This document shows, piece after piece, positions 40,699 to 49,013 of a stretch of 64,000 nucleotides of DNA; positions within the stretch are counted from its first letter, which is position 1; each line of letters begins with the position of its first letter. The translations under genes were made by a program, and so were the position numbers. The stretch spans positions 28,209 through 92,208 of the forward strand of contig CAVVEU010000025.1 in NCBI GenBank assembly GCA_963747235.1, read 5' to 3'. A model generated the notes under the pieces. It searched no databases and was not told the DNA's origin. It saw nothing but the letters and a program-made list of their open reading frames with translations. This DNA comes from an uncultured Candidatus Rokubacteria bacterium. GTDB taxonomy: Bacteria > Methylomirabilota > Methylomirabilia > Rokubacteriales > CSP1-6.

Positions 40699-41013
40699 AT
40701 GCGTGGAGGATGGAGCGTGACGGCGGTGGCGGCGACGATACTCTGCGCGGGCTGCGCGACCGCGCCCGCGGGCCCGAGCGTGATGGTCCTGCCGGGCACC
40801 GGCCGGCCCTTCGACCAGTTCCAGGCCGACGTGAACGTCTGCCGCGACTGGGCCGCGAAGCAGGTGAAGGGCGCCTTCATGGACGCGCCGTCGTTTGAAG
40901 TCCAGCGCCGCTACGACAACGCCTATATCCAGTGCATGTACGCCAAGGGGCATCAGGTGCCGGGGCGCGACCTTCCCGCCCGGACACCGGCCCCGCCGAC
41001 GCCACCCAAGTGA
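40699..41013 (+). CDS. Small lipoprotein with paired cysteines
   Basis: AGGAG RBS; CAGC lipobox; PSVMVLPG..FDQF..D...C and RYDNAYIQCMYAKGHQVP. Confidence 0.75.
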   Translation: MRGGWSVTAVAATILCAGCATAPAGPSVMVLPGTGRPFDQFQADVNVCRDWAAKQVKGAFMDAPSFEVQRRYDNAYIQCMYAKGHQVPGRDLPARTPAPPTPPK

Positions 41014-41035
41014 CGCCCAAGTGATGGAGACCACC

Positions 41036-43294
41036 ATGAGCAGCATCTTCAAGCGACTGATCGCCAGCCTCCTGGCGTTGATTCTGTTCGCGGGGGCCGC
41101 GCCGCTGGCGCGCGCCGCCTCGCCCACCGTTCCCGCTCCGCCCGCGCCACCGGCCGCCGCCACGTCAGAAGACGGCGAGGCCGACGATAGCCAGAACCCC
41201 GCGCCGACACCGCCGCGGCTCAGCTACATCAACGGTGAGGTCTCGTTCTGGCGCCCCGGCGGCGAGGACTGGGCGCCCGCGCAGGTGAACACCCCGCTGG
41301 CCCCCGGCGACCAGCTCTATACCGGCAATCGCGGCAACCTCGAGGTGCAGATCGACTCGCGGAGCTTCGTGCGGGCCTGGGGCGACAGCCAGCTCGGCAT
41401 CGAGAACCACGAGCCCGATTTCCTCCAGATCAAGGTGGCGGCCGGCCACGTCACGCTCGACCTGCGCGCGCTGGACGGCGGGCGCACGGTGGAGCTCGAC
41501 ACGCCCGCCGCCGCGTTCACCATCGAGCGGCCGGGCTACTACCGCGTGGACGTGGCGCCCGATCGCACGTCGTTCGTCACCCGGCGCGGCGGCACCGCGA
41601 GCATGACGCCGGCCGGCGGCCAGGCGGTCGGCATCGCGGCCAGCGAGCAGGTGGTATTGACCGGCGCCGGCACGGCCGCGGTGCAGACCTTCGTCGCGCC
41701 CGAGCAGGACGTGTGGGACCGCTGGAACTACGCGCGCACCGAGGCCCTCGTGGACACCGTGAGCGCGCGCTACGTGCCGCCGACGGTCTCCGGCGTGGAC
41801 GATCTCGATCAGCACGGCAACTGGCGCGTGGTGCCGGAGTACGGCTCGGTCTGGGTGCCGGAGGGCGTCGCAACGGACTGGGCCCCCTACACCACCGGCC
41901 GCTGGGTCTGGGATCCGCGCTTCGGGTGGAGCTGGGTGGACACGGCGCCCTGGGGCTGGGCGCCCTATCACTACGGCCGCTGGGTGCATCTCGATCGCGT
42001 CTGGGCCTGGGCGCCCGGACCCGTGGTCGTGCGTCCCGTGTACGCGCCGGCGCTCGTGGCCTTCTTCGGCGCGCCCGGCATCCGCGTCTCCATCGGCGCG
42101 CCCTTCGTGAGCTGGGTCGCGCTCGGCTGGGGCGAGCCGTGCGTGCCGTGGTGGGGCCGCCCGGGTTTCGTCGGCCGCGCCTGGTGGGGCGGCTGGGGTG
42201 GGCCGCGCGTGGTCAACAACGTGGTCATCAACCGGACCACGGTGGTGAACGTGACCAACATCAACGTGTACCGGAACGTCAACGTGCAGAACGCGGTGGT
42301 CGCGGTGCGGCCGGATCGCTTCGGGCGTGGGCCCGTCGGGGAGGCGCGCATCCGTCAGGTGGACACGCGCCAGCTCCAGCCGGTACGCGGCGCGGTGGAC
42401 GTCCGGCCGGACCGCTCGAGCTTCGCGGCCGCGAGCGGCCGCGGCATCCGTCCGCCGGAGAACGTGCTGGATCGCGGCGTGGTCGCGACGCGGGCGCCGG
42501 TGACCCGGGCCCTGCCGCGCGAGCCGGAAGGCCGCGGGCCCGCGCCCCGCATCGTGCCGGCGCCGAGGGCCAACGAGGTGGGTGAAGCGCGGCCGCCGCT
42601 CGGCCAGAGCCGTCTGGAGCGGGCGCGCCCGCCGCGGGCGCCACGCTTGGAGAGCGACCAGCGCCCGAACGCCACGCCGCCCGCGGCGCGGCGTGAGGAT
42701 CCGGCGGCACAGGAGCGTGGCCGGCGACCCGAGGGCCAGCGCGCGCCCGATCCGCAGCGTGCGCCCGAATCGCCGCAGGTCCAGCAGCCGCAACGGGTAC
42801 CGGAGGTACCGCGTGGGCCCGAGCCCCAGCGCGCGCCGAAGGTCCAGCAAGCGCCGCAGGTGCAACAGGCGCCACCGGTCCAGCCAGCGCCGCAGATCCA
42901 GCGCCCGCCACAGGTCCAGCGCGCGCCGGAAGCACCGGTCGAGCGTCGCGCGCCCGCGGACGTCCCGCGCCAGCCGCGACGTGAGACGCGGACCAGCCCC
43001 GCGCCGCGGACCGGCCACGGCGCCCGTGCCGCAGCCGCGCCCGATCGAGCGCCCGGCCGCACCCGCGCCACAGCCGCGTCAGGGGAGCGGCCCGCCGCGC
43101 CACAGCCGCGAACCGAGACGCCGCGCCAGCCGCAACGCGTGCTGCCCGGTGAGCCGGCGAACCGGCTCTATCCTGGTGGTCGTGTGGAAGCCCCTAAGCC
43201 CCGGGGGCCCGAGTCACGGCCGGTAGCCCGTCCGCGCCCGACCCCGGAACAGAACGGCGGTCGAGAGCGGGGGCCGGCGCGCGAGCAGCGCTAG
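41036..43294 (+). CDS. Secreted FecR-like / DUF6600 protein with Pro/Gln/Arg-rich tail
   Basis: Signal peptide; RLSYINGEVS..W..AQVNTPLAPGD (FecR-like); Trp-rich DWAPYTTGRW..PWGWAPYHYGRW; VVINRTTVVNV; low-complexity tail. Confidence 0.8.
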   Translation: MSSIFKRLIASLLALILFAGAAPLARAASPTVPAPPAPPAAATSEDGEADDSQNPAPTPPRLSYINGEVSFWRPGGEDWAPAQVNTPLAPGDQLYTGNRGNLEVQIDSRSFVRAWGDSQLGIENHEPDFLQIKVAAGHVTLDLRALDGGRTVELDTPAAAFTIERPGYYRVDVAPDRTSFVTRRGGTASMTPAGGQAVGIAASEQVVLTGAGTAAVQTFVAPEQDVWDRWNYARTEALVDTVSARYVPPTVSGVDDLDQHGNWRVVPEYGSVWVPEGVATDWAPYTTGRWVWDPRFGWSWVDTAPWGWAPYHYGRWVHLDRVWAWAPGPVVVRPVYAPALVAFFGAPGIRVSIGAPFVSWVALGWGEPCVPWWGRPGFVGRAWWGGWGGPRVVNNVVINRTTVVNVTNINVYRNVNVQNAVVAVRPDRFGRGPVGEARIRQVDTRQLQPVRGAVDVRPDRSSFAAASGRGIRPPENVLDRGVVATRAPVTRALPREPEGRGPAPRIVPAPRANEVGEARPPLGQSRLERARPPRAPRLESDQRPNATPPAARREDPAAQERGRRPEGQRAPDPQRAPESPQVQQPQRVPEVPRGPEPQRAPKVQQAPQVQQAPPVQPAPQIQRPPQVQRAPEAPVERRAPADVPRQPRRETRTSPAPRTGHGARAAAAPDRAPGRTRATAASGERPAAPQPRTETPRQPQRVLPGEPANRLYPGGRVEAPKPRGPESRPVARPRPTPEQNGGRERGPAREQR

Positions 43295-43321
43295 CTTAGC
43301 TATAAGTAGAAGGTGAGCCGG

Positions 43322-43711
43322 CTACGGCACGCTGACCGAGGTGCCGTCGCCGGAGCTGGTGATCCGGTACGTACCCGCGCTGGCGGTCTGCGTATAGGCA
43401 TAGGCGACCCAGCCGGAGGGGCCGCTGGGAATGGACGCCATGAACGGGCCGGACCGCCCGCCCTGGGAATTGGTGGCCACCGAGGTGAGCTGGGTCAGCG
43501 CGGTAGGCAGCGTCCCCATATGTGCTCCGTAGATGGCAACCGCGGTCGCCAGCGTCCGGGAATCGGCCTGCGCCTTGGCCAGCCGGGCGCGCGCCTGAAT
43601 GTTGGCATAAAGCGGCATCGCGATCGAAGCCAGAATGCCGATGATCGCGACGACGATCATCAACTCGATGAGCGTGAACCCTCTTGGGTGGTGCTGGACT
43701 ATTCGCATCAT
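43322..43711 (-). CDS. Type IV pilin / GspG-like (pseudo)pilin
   Basis: GAAAGGA RBS, MMRIVQHHPRG|FTLIELMIVVAIIGILASIAMP; GspG-like GPF..IP, YRITSSGDG. Confidence 0.9.
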   Translation of the reverse strand: MMRIVQHHPRGFTLIELMIVVAIIGILASIAMPLYANIQARARLAKAQADSRTLATAVAIYGAHMGTLPTALTQLTSVATNSQGGRSGPFMASIPSGPSGWVAYAYTQTASAGTYRITSSGDGTSVSVP

Positions 43712-43748
43712 CTGGGAAATCCTTTCCATTGCGGGAGCGCTTATTACA

Positions 43749-43764
43749 CGCAAGCGTCGAGCCA
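43749..43764 (-). promoter_or_regulatory. sigma54 promoter of the pilin gene
   Basis: TGGCTC-GACGC-TTGCG (GG-N10-GC), ~40 bp upstream of the pilin ATG; major pilins are often sigma54-dependent. Confidence 0.7.
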
Positions 43765-43858
43765 GCGTCACCTCCGTCGTTGATCCTGCTGGAGTGGGCT
43801 ATCGGGTACTTCTGCGGGCTCTGGGCGGTCGGCGCGCGGCAATCCGGCCCGAAAAGGG

Positions 43859-44134
43859 TCACTTGCGCGCACTCAGGGGTAGACGGGTCGGTCGTCCACC
43901 GTCCGCATCCGGCCGCGGCCCTCGCATGCCGCCGAGCGCGGGGAGGTGCGCGTAGCCGATCCCGACGGCCTCCAGGCACGACACGAGGGCGGCGCCATCG
44001 AACTGAGGATTGTGGCGCGGGCGGGGCACGCTGCGCACGTCGACGAGCGTCACGATCCCGTGCGTCCGCAACAGGCCGGTGAAGACGTCGGCCGGGTGCG
44101 TCGAGTGCCCGATGGTGTGGAGCGTGCGCATCAT
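43859..44134 (-). pseudogene. DUF488-family N-terminal remnant
   Basis: LHTIGHSTH, LVDVRSVP..RHNPQF, GIGYAHLPALGG, then similarity ends at about half the usual length; no C-terminal half seen in other frames. Confidence 0.6.
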
Positions 44135-44236
44135 GGTTGCCGTGAAGACTAGCGCAGCGGCGCGCCCGCGTAAAACCAGCCGGGCACGGGGCTGGGTCCC
44201 GTGCCCGGTCGTGGAAACGTCGGCGCGCGGCCGGTG

Positions 44237-45702
44237 CTACAAAGCCATGGCCACGTAGAGGTTCGTGCCGTCGCGGGTGATCATGACGACGACCGGCGCG
44301 CCCCTGGGGTGCGTCCCCAGCGCCAGCTTCATCTGGGCCGCGTCGGCCACCGCCTTGTGGTTCACCTCGGTGATGACGTCACCGGCCCGGATGCCCGCGG
44401 TCTCGGCCGGGCTGCCGCTGCGCACGCCGCGCACGACCACGCCGCGCGCCTCGGACAGCTTGAGATCCCGGGCCATGCTCGGGGTCACCGTCTCGACCAT
44501 CAGGCCGAGCGGGCCCTTTCCCTCCTCGGCCCGCGCCACCACCGCCGGTCCGGGCTCATCCATCTGCTCGATCGTGACGTTCAGCGCCACCGTCTTGCCC
44601 TCGCGGACCACGGTGACGGGAGCCTGGCGGCCCACCGCGGTGGCGGCCACGAGCTTGGGGAGATCCGCCGACGTCCCGACTTTCCGGCCGTCGTACTGCG
44701 TGATGATGTCACCGGCCTTGATGCCCGCCCGCGCCGCCGGCGAGTTGCCCTGCACGCCGGCGACGAGCGCGCCGGTGCTCTCCGTCACGTTGAAGCCCTT
44801 CGCGAGCTCCGCGGTGAGCGGCTGGATGGTCACGCCGAGCCAGCCCCGCGTCACCTTGCCGGACGCGACGAGCTGGGTCACCACCGACTTGGCCTGGTTG
44901 ACCGGGATGGCGAAGCCGATGCCCACCGAGCCGCCGGTCTGGCTGAAGATGGCGGCGTTGATGCCGACCGCCTGGCCGCGCGCGTTGATGAGCGGCCCAC
45001 CGCTGTTGCCGGGATTGATCGAGGCGTCGGTCTGGATGAAGTCGTCGTACGGCCCCTGGCCGATGACCCGGCCGGTGGCGCTGACGATGCCGGTGGTCAC
45101 GGTCCGCTCGAGGCCGAACGGGTTGCCGATGGCCATCACCGGCTCGCCGACCTGGAGCTGGGCCGAATCACCCAGCGGGATCACGGGCAGGCCGGTCGCC
45201 TCGACCTTGAGGAGCGCGAGATCGGTCTTGGGATCGCGCCCCACGACCTTGCCGGCCATCTCGCGGCCGTCGTCGATCTTGACGCGGATATCGGTGGCGC
45301 CCTCCACCACGTGGTTGTTGGTCACGATGTAGCCGGCCGGGTTGATGATGAAGCCCGAGCCCATGCTGCGCACGGTGCGGCGGGGCGGCGGCTGCTCGCC
45401 GAACCGTTTGAAGAACTGCTGCAGCGGCTCGTTGTCCCCGAACGGGCTCTGGAGCTGGACGCTCTCTTCCACGCGCCTGGTGCTGATGTTGACGACCGCC
45501 GGCTTCAGCGCCCGGGTCAGCTCGACCCAGCTCGCCTGCGGGCACCACCGCCGCGGGCGCGATCGGCACCGGCCGCTCGCTCCACAGCGCCCCGGGGGTG
45601 TTGGTGTGGCCGAGATGCGGCGCGAGCGCCACGAGGCCGACGACGGCGGCCGCCACGACCCCCATCCAGGACGGCGCGAGTTCTGGTGACGAATCGATTC
45701 AT
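44237..45702 (-). CDS. DegP/HtrA (Do family) serine protease with two PDZ domains (5' frameshifts)
   Basis: GSGFII, TNNHVV, DLAL, IQTDASINPGNSGGPL, two PDZ; GAAGGAG RBS before ATG 45702. Confidence 0.93.
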
Positions 45703-45758
45703 GGACGTCTCCTTCTCTTCACAGGATCGAACAGGCTGATGCAACCATAGCCCGGCCG

Positions 45759-45787
45759 GATGAGAGCCGGGTGAGGCCCAGATGAGA
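45759..45787 (-). promoter_or_regulatory. Tandem 11-bp-period boxes (OmpR/PhoB-type) upstream of degP
   Basis: Minus strand TCTCATC/CCTCACC/TCTCATC at 11-bp period, in place of a -35, followed by -10 TATGGT (45744-45749). Confidence 0.6.
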
Positions 45788-45793
45788 ATTCGC

Positions 45794-47197
45794 TTAGGCG
45801 GCGGGGGCGAGCGGGAGGCGGAGGACGAAGCGACTGCCCGCGCCGGGCCGACTCTCCACCGAGAGCGTGCCGCCGTGCGCGACCGCGATGGAGCGGGCGA
45901 TGGCCAGCCCGAGCCCGGCGCCGCCCGTGTCGCGGGCTCGGGCCGCGTCGAGCCGCACGAAGGGCTCGAAGATCCGATCCGCGTCGGCCGGATCCAGGCC
46001 GATGCCGGTGTCGGACACCGTGACCACCGCCATGCCGTTCCCGGTGGCCAGGCCGAGCTCGACCTTGCCGCCCGGCGGCGTGTACTTGATCGCGTTCTCG
46101 ACCAGGTTCAGCAGGGCCCGGCGCAGCGCGGTCGCGTCGCCACGCACCGTCGCGGGCGCCATGGTGTCGGTGCGCACGCTCACCCCGGCGGCCAGGCCCA
46201 GCCGCGCGCCCACGTCGAACACCTCGAGGAGCTGCGGCTCCAGGTCAACCGGCGCGCGCGTCACGTCCGGCCCCGCGCTCGAGCGCGAGAGCAGGAGCAG
46301 GTCCTCGGCCAGCCGGATCAGGCGCTCCACCTCCTCGAGGCTCGAGCCGAGCACGCGCCGGTACTCCTCGGGCGGGCGCTCGGCCCGCAGGGCCACCTCG
46401 ATCCCGCCGCGGAGCGCGGCGAGCGGCGTCCGCAGCTCGTGGGCCGCGTCGGCCGCGAAGCGACGCGTCTGGGTGAAGGCCGCCTCGAGGCGCGCGAGCA
46501 TGCCGTTCAGCGTCTCGGCCAGCCGTTCCATCTCGTCGCCGGTGCCCGGCCGCTCCACCCGGCGGCTCAGGTCCTCGGCGGTGATACGCCGGGCAGCCCG
46601 GGTCATCTCGTCCACCGGGCGGAGCGCGACGCGCGCGATGACGGCCCCGCCGAGCGCGGCGAGCCCGACGCCGAGCGGGATCAGCACGAGCAGGGTCTGC
46701 AGGTAGCGATCGAGCAGCGCCTCGGCGCGGCGGACCGACGTCCCCACCTGGACGATGTCCACCATGCGCCCGTTTCGGACGATCGGCATCGTGAACACGC
46801 GCAGCGCCTCCGCGCCGGGGCCGGCGGCCACGGTCTCGAGCGTGCTCTCGCCGCGCGCGGCGCGCGCCCGGGCCACCGTCGACAGCGGCAGGGCGCCGCC
46901 GCGCGGACGGCTCCCGAACGGGTACGGCCGCCCTTCGGGATCCAGCAGGCGGAAGAACTTGTCGTAGAGCTCGGGCCCGAGCATCTCGCGGAGCACCGCC
47001 TCGACCTCGCTCTCGGGCCGGTCGGGCGCGCCGGTGTCCCGGATGGCCAGCGCGACCGCGAGCAGGGAGGCGTCGAGGTCCTGGTGCACGGTGCGGCGCA
47101 GCCAGGAGTAGGACAGCGCGCCGATCGCCACCAGGATCACGAGCAGGAGCCCGCTGTACCAGAGCGTGAGCCGGGTGCGGATGGACAGCGCGCTCAC
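45794..47197 (-). CDS. HAMP sensor histidine kinase (CusS/CpxA/MprB-like)
   Basis: Two TM helices, HAMP, AHELRTPL, NLVENAIKY, DTGIG, GAGLGLAIA. Confidence 0.93.
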   Translation of the reverse strand: MSALSIRTRLTLWYSGLLLVILVAIGALSYSWLRRTVHQDLDASLLAVALAIRDTGAPDRPESEVEAVLREMLGPELYDKFFRLLDPEGRPYPFGSRPRGGALPLSTVARARAARGESTLETVAAGPGAEALRVFTMPIVRNGRMVDIVQVGTSVRRAEALLDRYLQTLLVLIPLGVGLAALGGAVIARVALRPVDEMTRAARRITAEDLSRRVERPGTGDEMERLAETLNGMLARLEAAFTQTRRFAADAAHELRTPLAALRGGIEVALRAERPPEEYRRVLGSSLEEVERLIRLAEDLLLLSRSSAGPDVTRAPVDLEPQLLEVFDVGARLGLAAGVSVRTDTMAPATVRGDATALRRALLNLVENAIKYTPPGGKVELGLATGNGMAVVTVSDTGIGLDPADADRIFEPFVRLDAARARDTGGAGLGLAIARSIAVAHGGTLSVESRPGAGSRFVLRLPLAPAA

Positions 47198-47871
47198 GGC
47201 TCGGCGCTCAGCGAGTAGCCCGCGCCGCGCACCGTCTGCACCAGCCGGGGCTCGCCGACCGCGTCGATCTTGCGGCGCAGGTAGCCCACGTACACGTCCA
47301 CGATATTGCTCTCCGGGTCGAAGTCCATGCCCCAGACGTGCTGGGTGATCATGGGCCGCGTGAGCACGCGGCCGGGGTTGCGCAGGAAGTACTCCAGCAG
47401 CGCATACTCGCGCGCGGTGAGCGCGATGCGGCGCGGGCCCCGCGTCACGATTCGCGTGGCGGGATCCAGGGAGAGGTCCGCCAGCCGGAGCACCGGCAGG
47501 GCACCGCCGCGCCCGCGACGGAGCAGCGCGCGCACACGCGCGAGGAGCTCCTCGAAGGCGAAGGGCTTGGCCAGGTAGTCGTCGGCCCCCGCGTCGAGCC
47601 CGGCGACCGTGTCGGCCACGCCGTCCCGGGCGGTCAGGAGCAGCACGGGGGCCTGCACCCGGCTCGCCCGGAAGGCCTTGAGCACGCTCAGGCCGTCCCG
47701 CTTGGGCAGCATCACGTCGAGGATGACGAGATCGTACGGCGGGCCCGCCGCCACCGCGTCCAGCGCGGCCTCGCCGTCGGGCGCCACCTCGACCACGTGG
47801 CCTTCCTCCACGAGCCCCTGGCGGACGAAGGCCGCGACCTTCCGTTCGTCTTCGACGACGAGGATGCGCAT
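47194..47871 (-). CDS. OmpR/PhoB-family response regulator
   Basis: LVVEDE, LDVMLP, GADDYLAKPF, LTAREY, QTVRGAGY. Confidence 0.95.
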   Translation of the reverse strand: MRILVVEDERKVAAFVRQGLVEEGHVVEVAPDGEAALDAVAAGPPYDLVILDVMLPKRDGLSVLKAFRASRVQAPVLLLTARDGVADTVAGLDAGADDYLAKPFAFEELLARVRALLRRGRGGALPVLRLADLSLDPATRIVTRGPRRIALTAREYALLEYFLRNPGRVLTRPMITQHVWGMDFDPESNIVDVYVGYLRRKIDAVGEPRLVQTVRGAGYSLSAEP

Positions 47872-47948
47872 TCCGGATGTAGAATCGCACCGGGCAGGAG
47901 GGCCCGCAACGCCATGCCCGAGACGACCAGGACAACGGAGGCGCCATC

Positions 47949-48980
47949 GTGATCGATCTCTACAGCGACACCCTGACCAGGCCCACCCCCGACATGCGCC
48001 GGTTCATGTGCGAGGCCGAGGTGGGCGACGAGCAGAAGGGCGAGGACCCGACCGTGAACCTGCTGCAGGAGATGGTGGCCGACCTCCTCGGCAAGGAGGC
48101 GGCGGTCTTCCTCCCCTCCGGCACCATGTGCAACGAGATCGCGGTCAAGGTGCACACGCGGCCCGGCGACGAGGTGCTGGCCGACCGCACCTCGCACCTG
48201 ATCCACTTCGAGGGCGGCGGCCCCGGCCTGCTCTCGGGCGTGCTGATGGGCTCGCTCGACGGCGAGCGCGGCGTCTTCACGGGCGCGCAGGTGCGCGCTG
48301 CCACGCACCCGCGCTCGCGCTACGCGCCGCCGACGCGCCTGGTCTCGGTGGAGAACACCAGCAACTTGGGTGGCGGCCGGGTGTGGTCCCTCGCCCAGGT
48401 GGAGGACGTGAGCCGTGCCGCGCGCGGGCTCGGCCTCGCCACCCACATGGACGGGGCCCGGCTGCTCAACGCGGTGGTGGCCGGGGGCACGCCCGCGCGC
48501 GCCTATGCCGCGCAGGTGGACTCGCTCTGGATCGACTTCAGCAAGGGGCTCGGCGCGCCGGTGGGCGCCTGCCTGGCCGGCTCCCGCGCCTTCATCGAGG
48601 AGGCGTGGCGCTACAAGCAGGCGCTGGGCGGCGCCATGCGGCAGGCCGGCATCATCGCGGCGGGCGGCGTCTACGCGCTCCGCCACCACGTGAGCCGGCT
48701 CGCGGAGGACCACGACAACGCGAAGGCCTTCGCGCGCGGCATCGCGGGCCTGCGCGGGATCGCGCTCGACCCGGCGCACGTCGAGACCAACATCGTGATC
48801 TTCGACGTGGCGGGCACCGGCCTCACCGCCCAGGCCCTGGCCGACCGGCTGCTCGCCACCCCTGCGAACGTGCGGTTCAGCGTGATGGGCGAGAGCCGCC
48901 TGCGCGCGGTCACGCACCTCGACGTGTCGCGCAAGCAGATCGACGCCGCGGTCGAGGCCATGGCGACCGTCACCGCTTGA
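47949..48980 (+). CDS. ltaE: Low-specificity L-threonine aldolase
   Basis: DLYSDTLTRPT, FLPSGTMCN, VENT, HMDGARL, FSKGLGAPVG, MRQAG. Confidence 0.9.
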   Translation: MIDLYSDTLTRPTPDMRRFMCEAEVGDEQKGEDPTVNLLQEMVADLLGKEAAVFLPSGTMCNEIAVKVHTRPGDEVLADRTSHLIHFEGGGPGLLSGVLMGSLDGERGVFTGAQVRAATHPRSRYAPPTRLVSVENTSNLGGGRVWSLAQVEDVSRAARGLGLATHMDGARLLNAVVAGGTPARAYAAQVDSLWIDFSKGLGAPVGACLAGSRAFIEEAWRYKQALGGAMRQAGIIAAGGVYALRHHVSRLAEDHDNAKAFARGIAGLRGIALDPAHVETNIVIFDVAGTGLTAQALADRLLATPANVRFSVMGESRLRAVTHLDVSRKQIDAAVEAMATVTA

Positions 48981-49006
48981 CAGACGGCAGGCGCCGCGTT
49001 TAGCGT
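48977..49006 (+). promoter_or_regulatory. sigma70-type promoter, probably leaderless, for the sulfur cluster
   Basis: TTGACA-N18-TAGCGT, then 7 nt to ATG 49014. Confidence 0.65.
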
Positions 49007-49013
49007 CCGAGAG

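Noticed and set aside
42730-42940. CRISPR-like array
   Set aside because: Degenerate in-frame 18-bp coding repeats with no unique spacers and no cas genes.
43322-43711. Conductive e-pilin
   Set aside because: The mature pilin is ~118 aa with sparse aromatics and long aromatic-free gaps; it looks GspG-like.
43770-43860. Short protein-like stretch (LILLEWAIGYFCGLW) on the plus strand
   Set aside because: Too short and without a credible start; at most a gene remnant.
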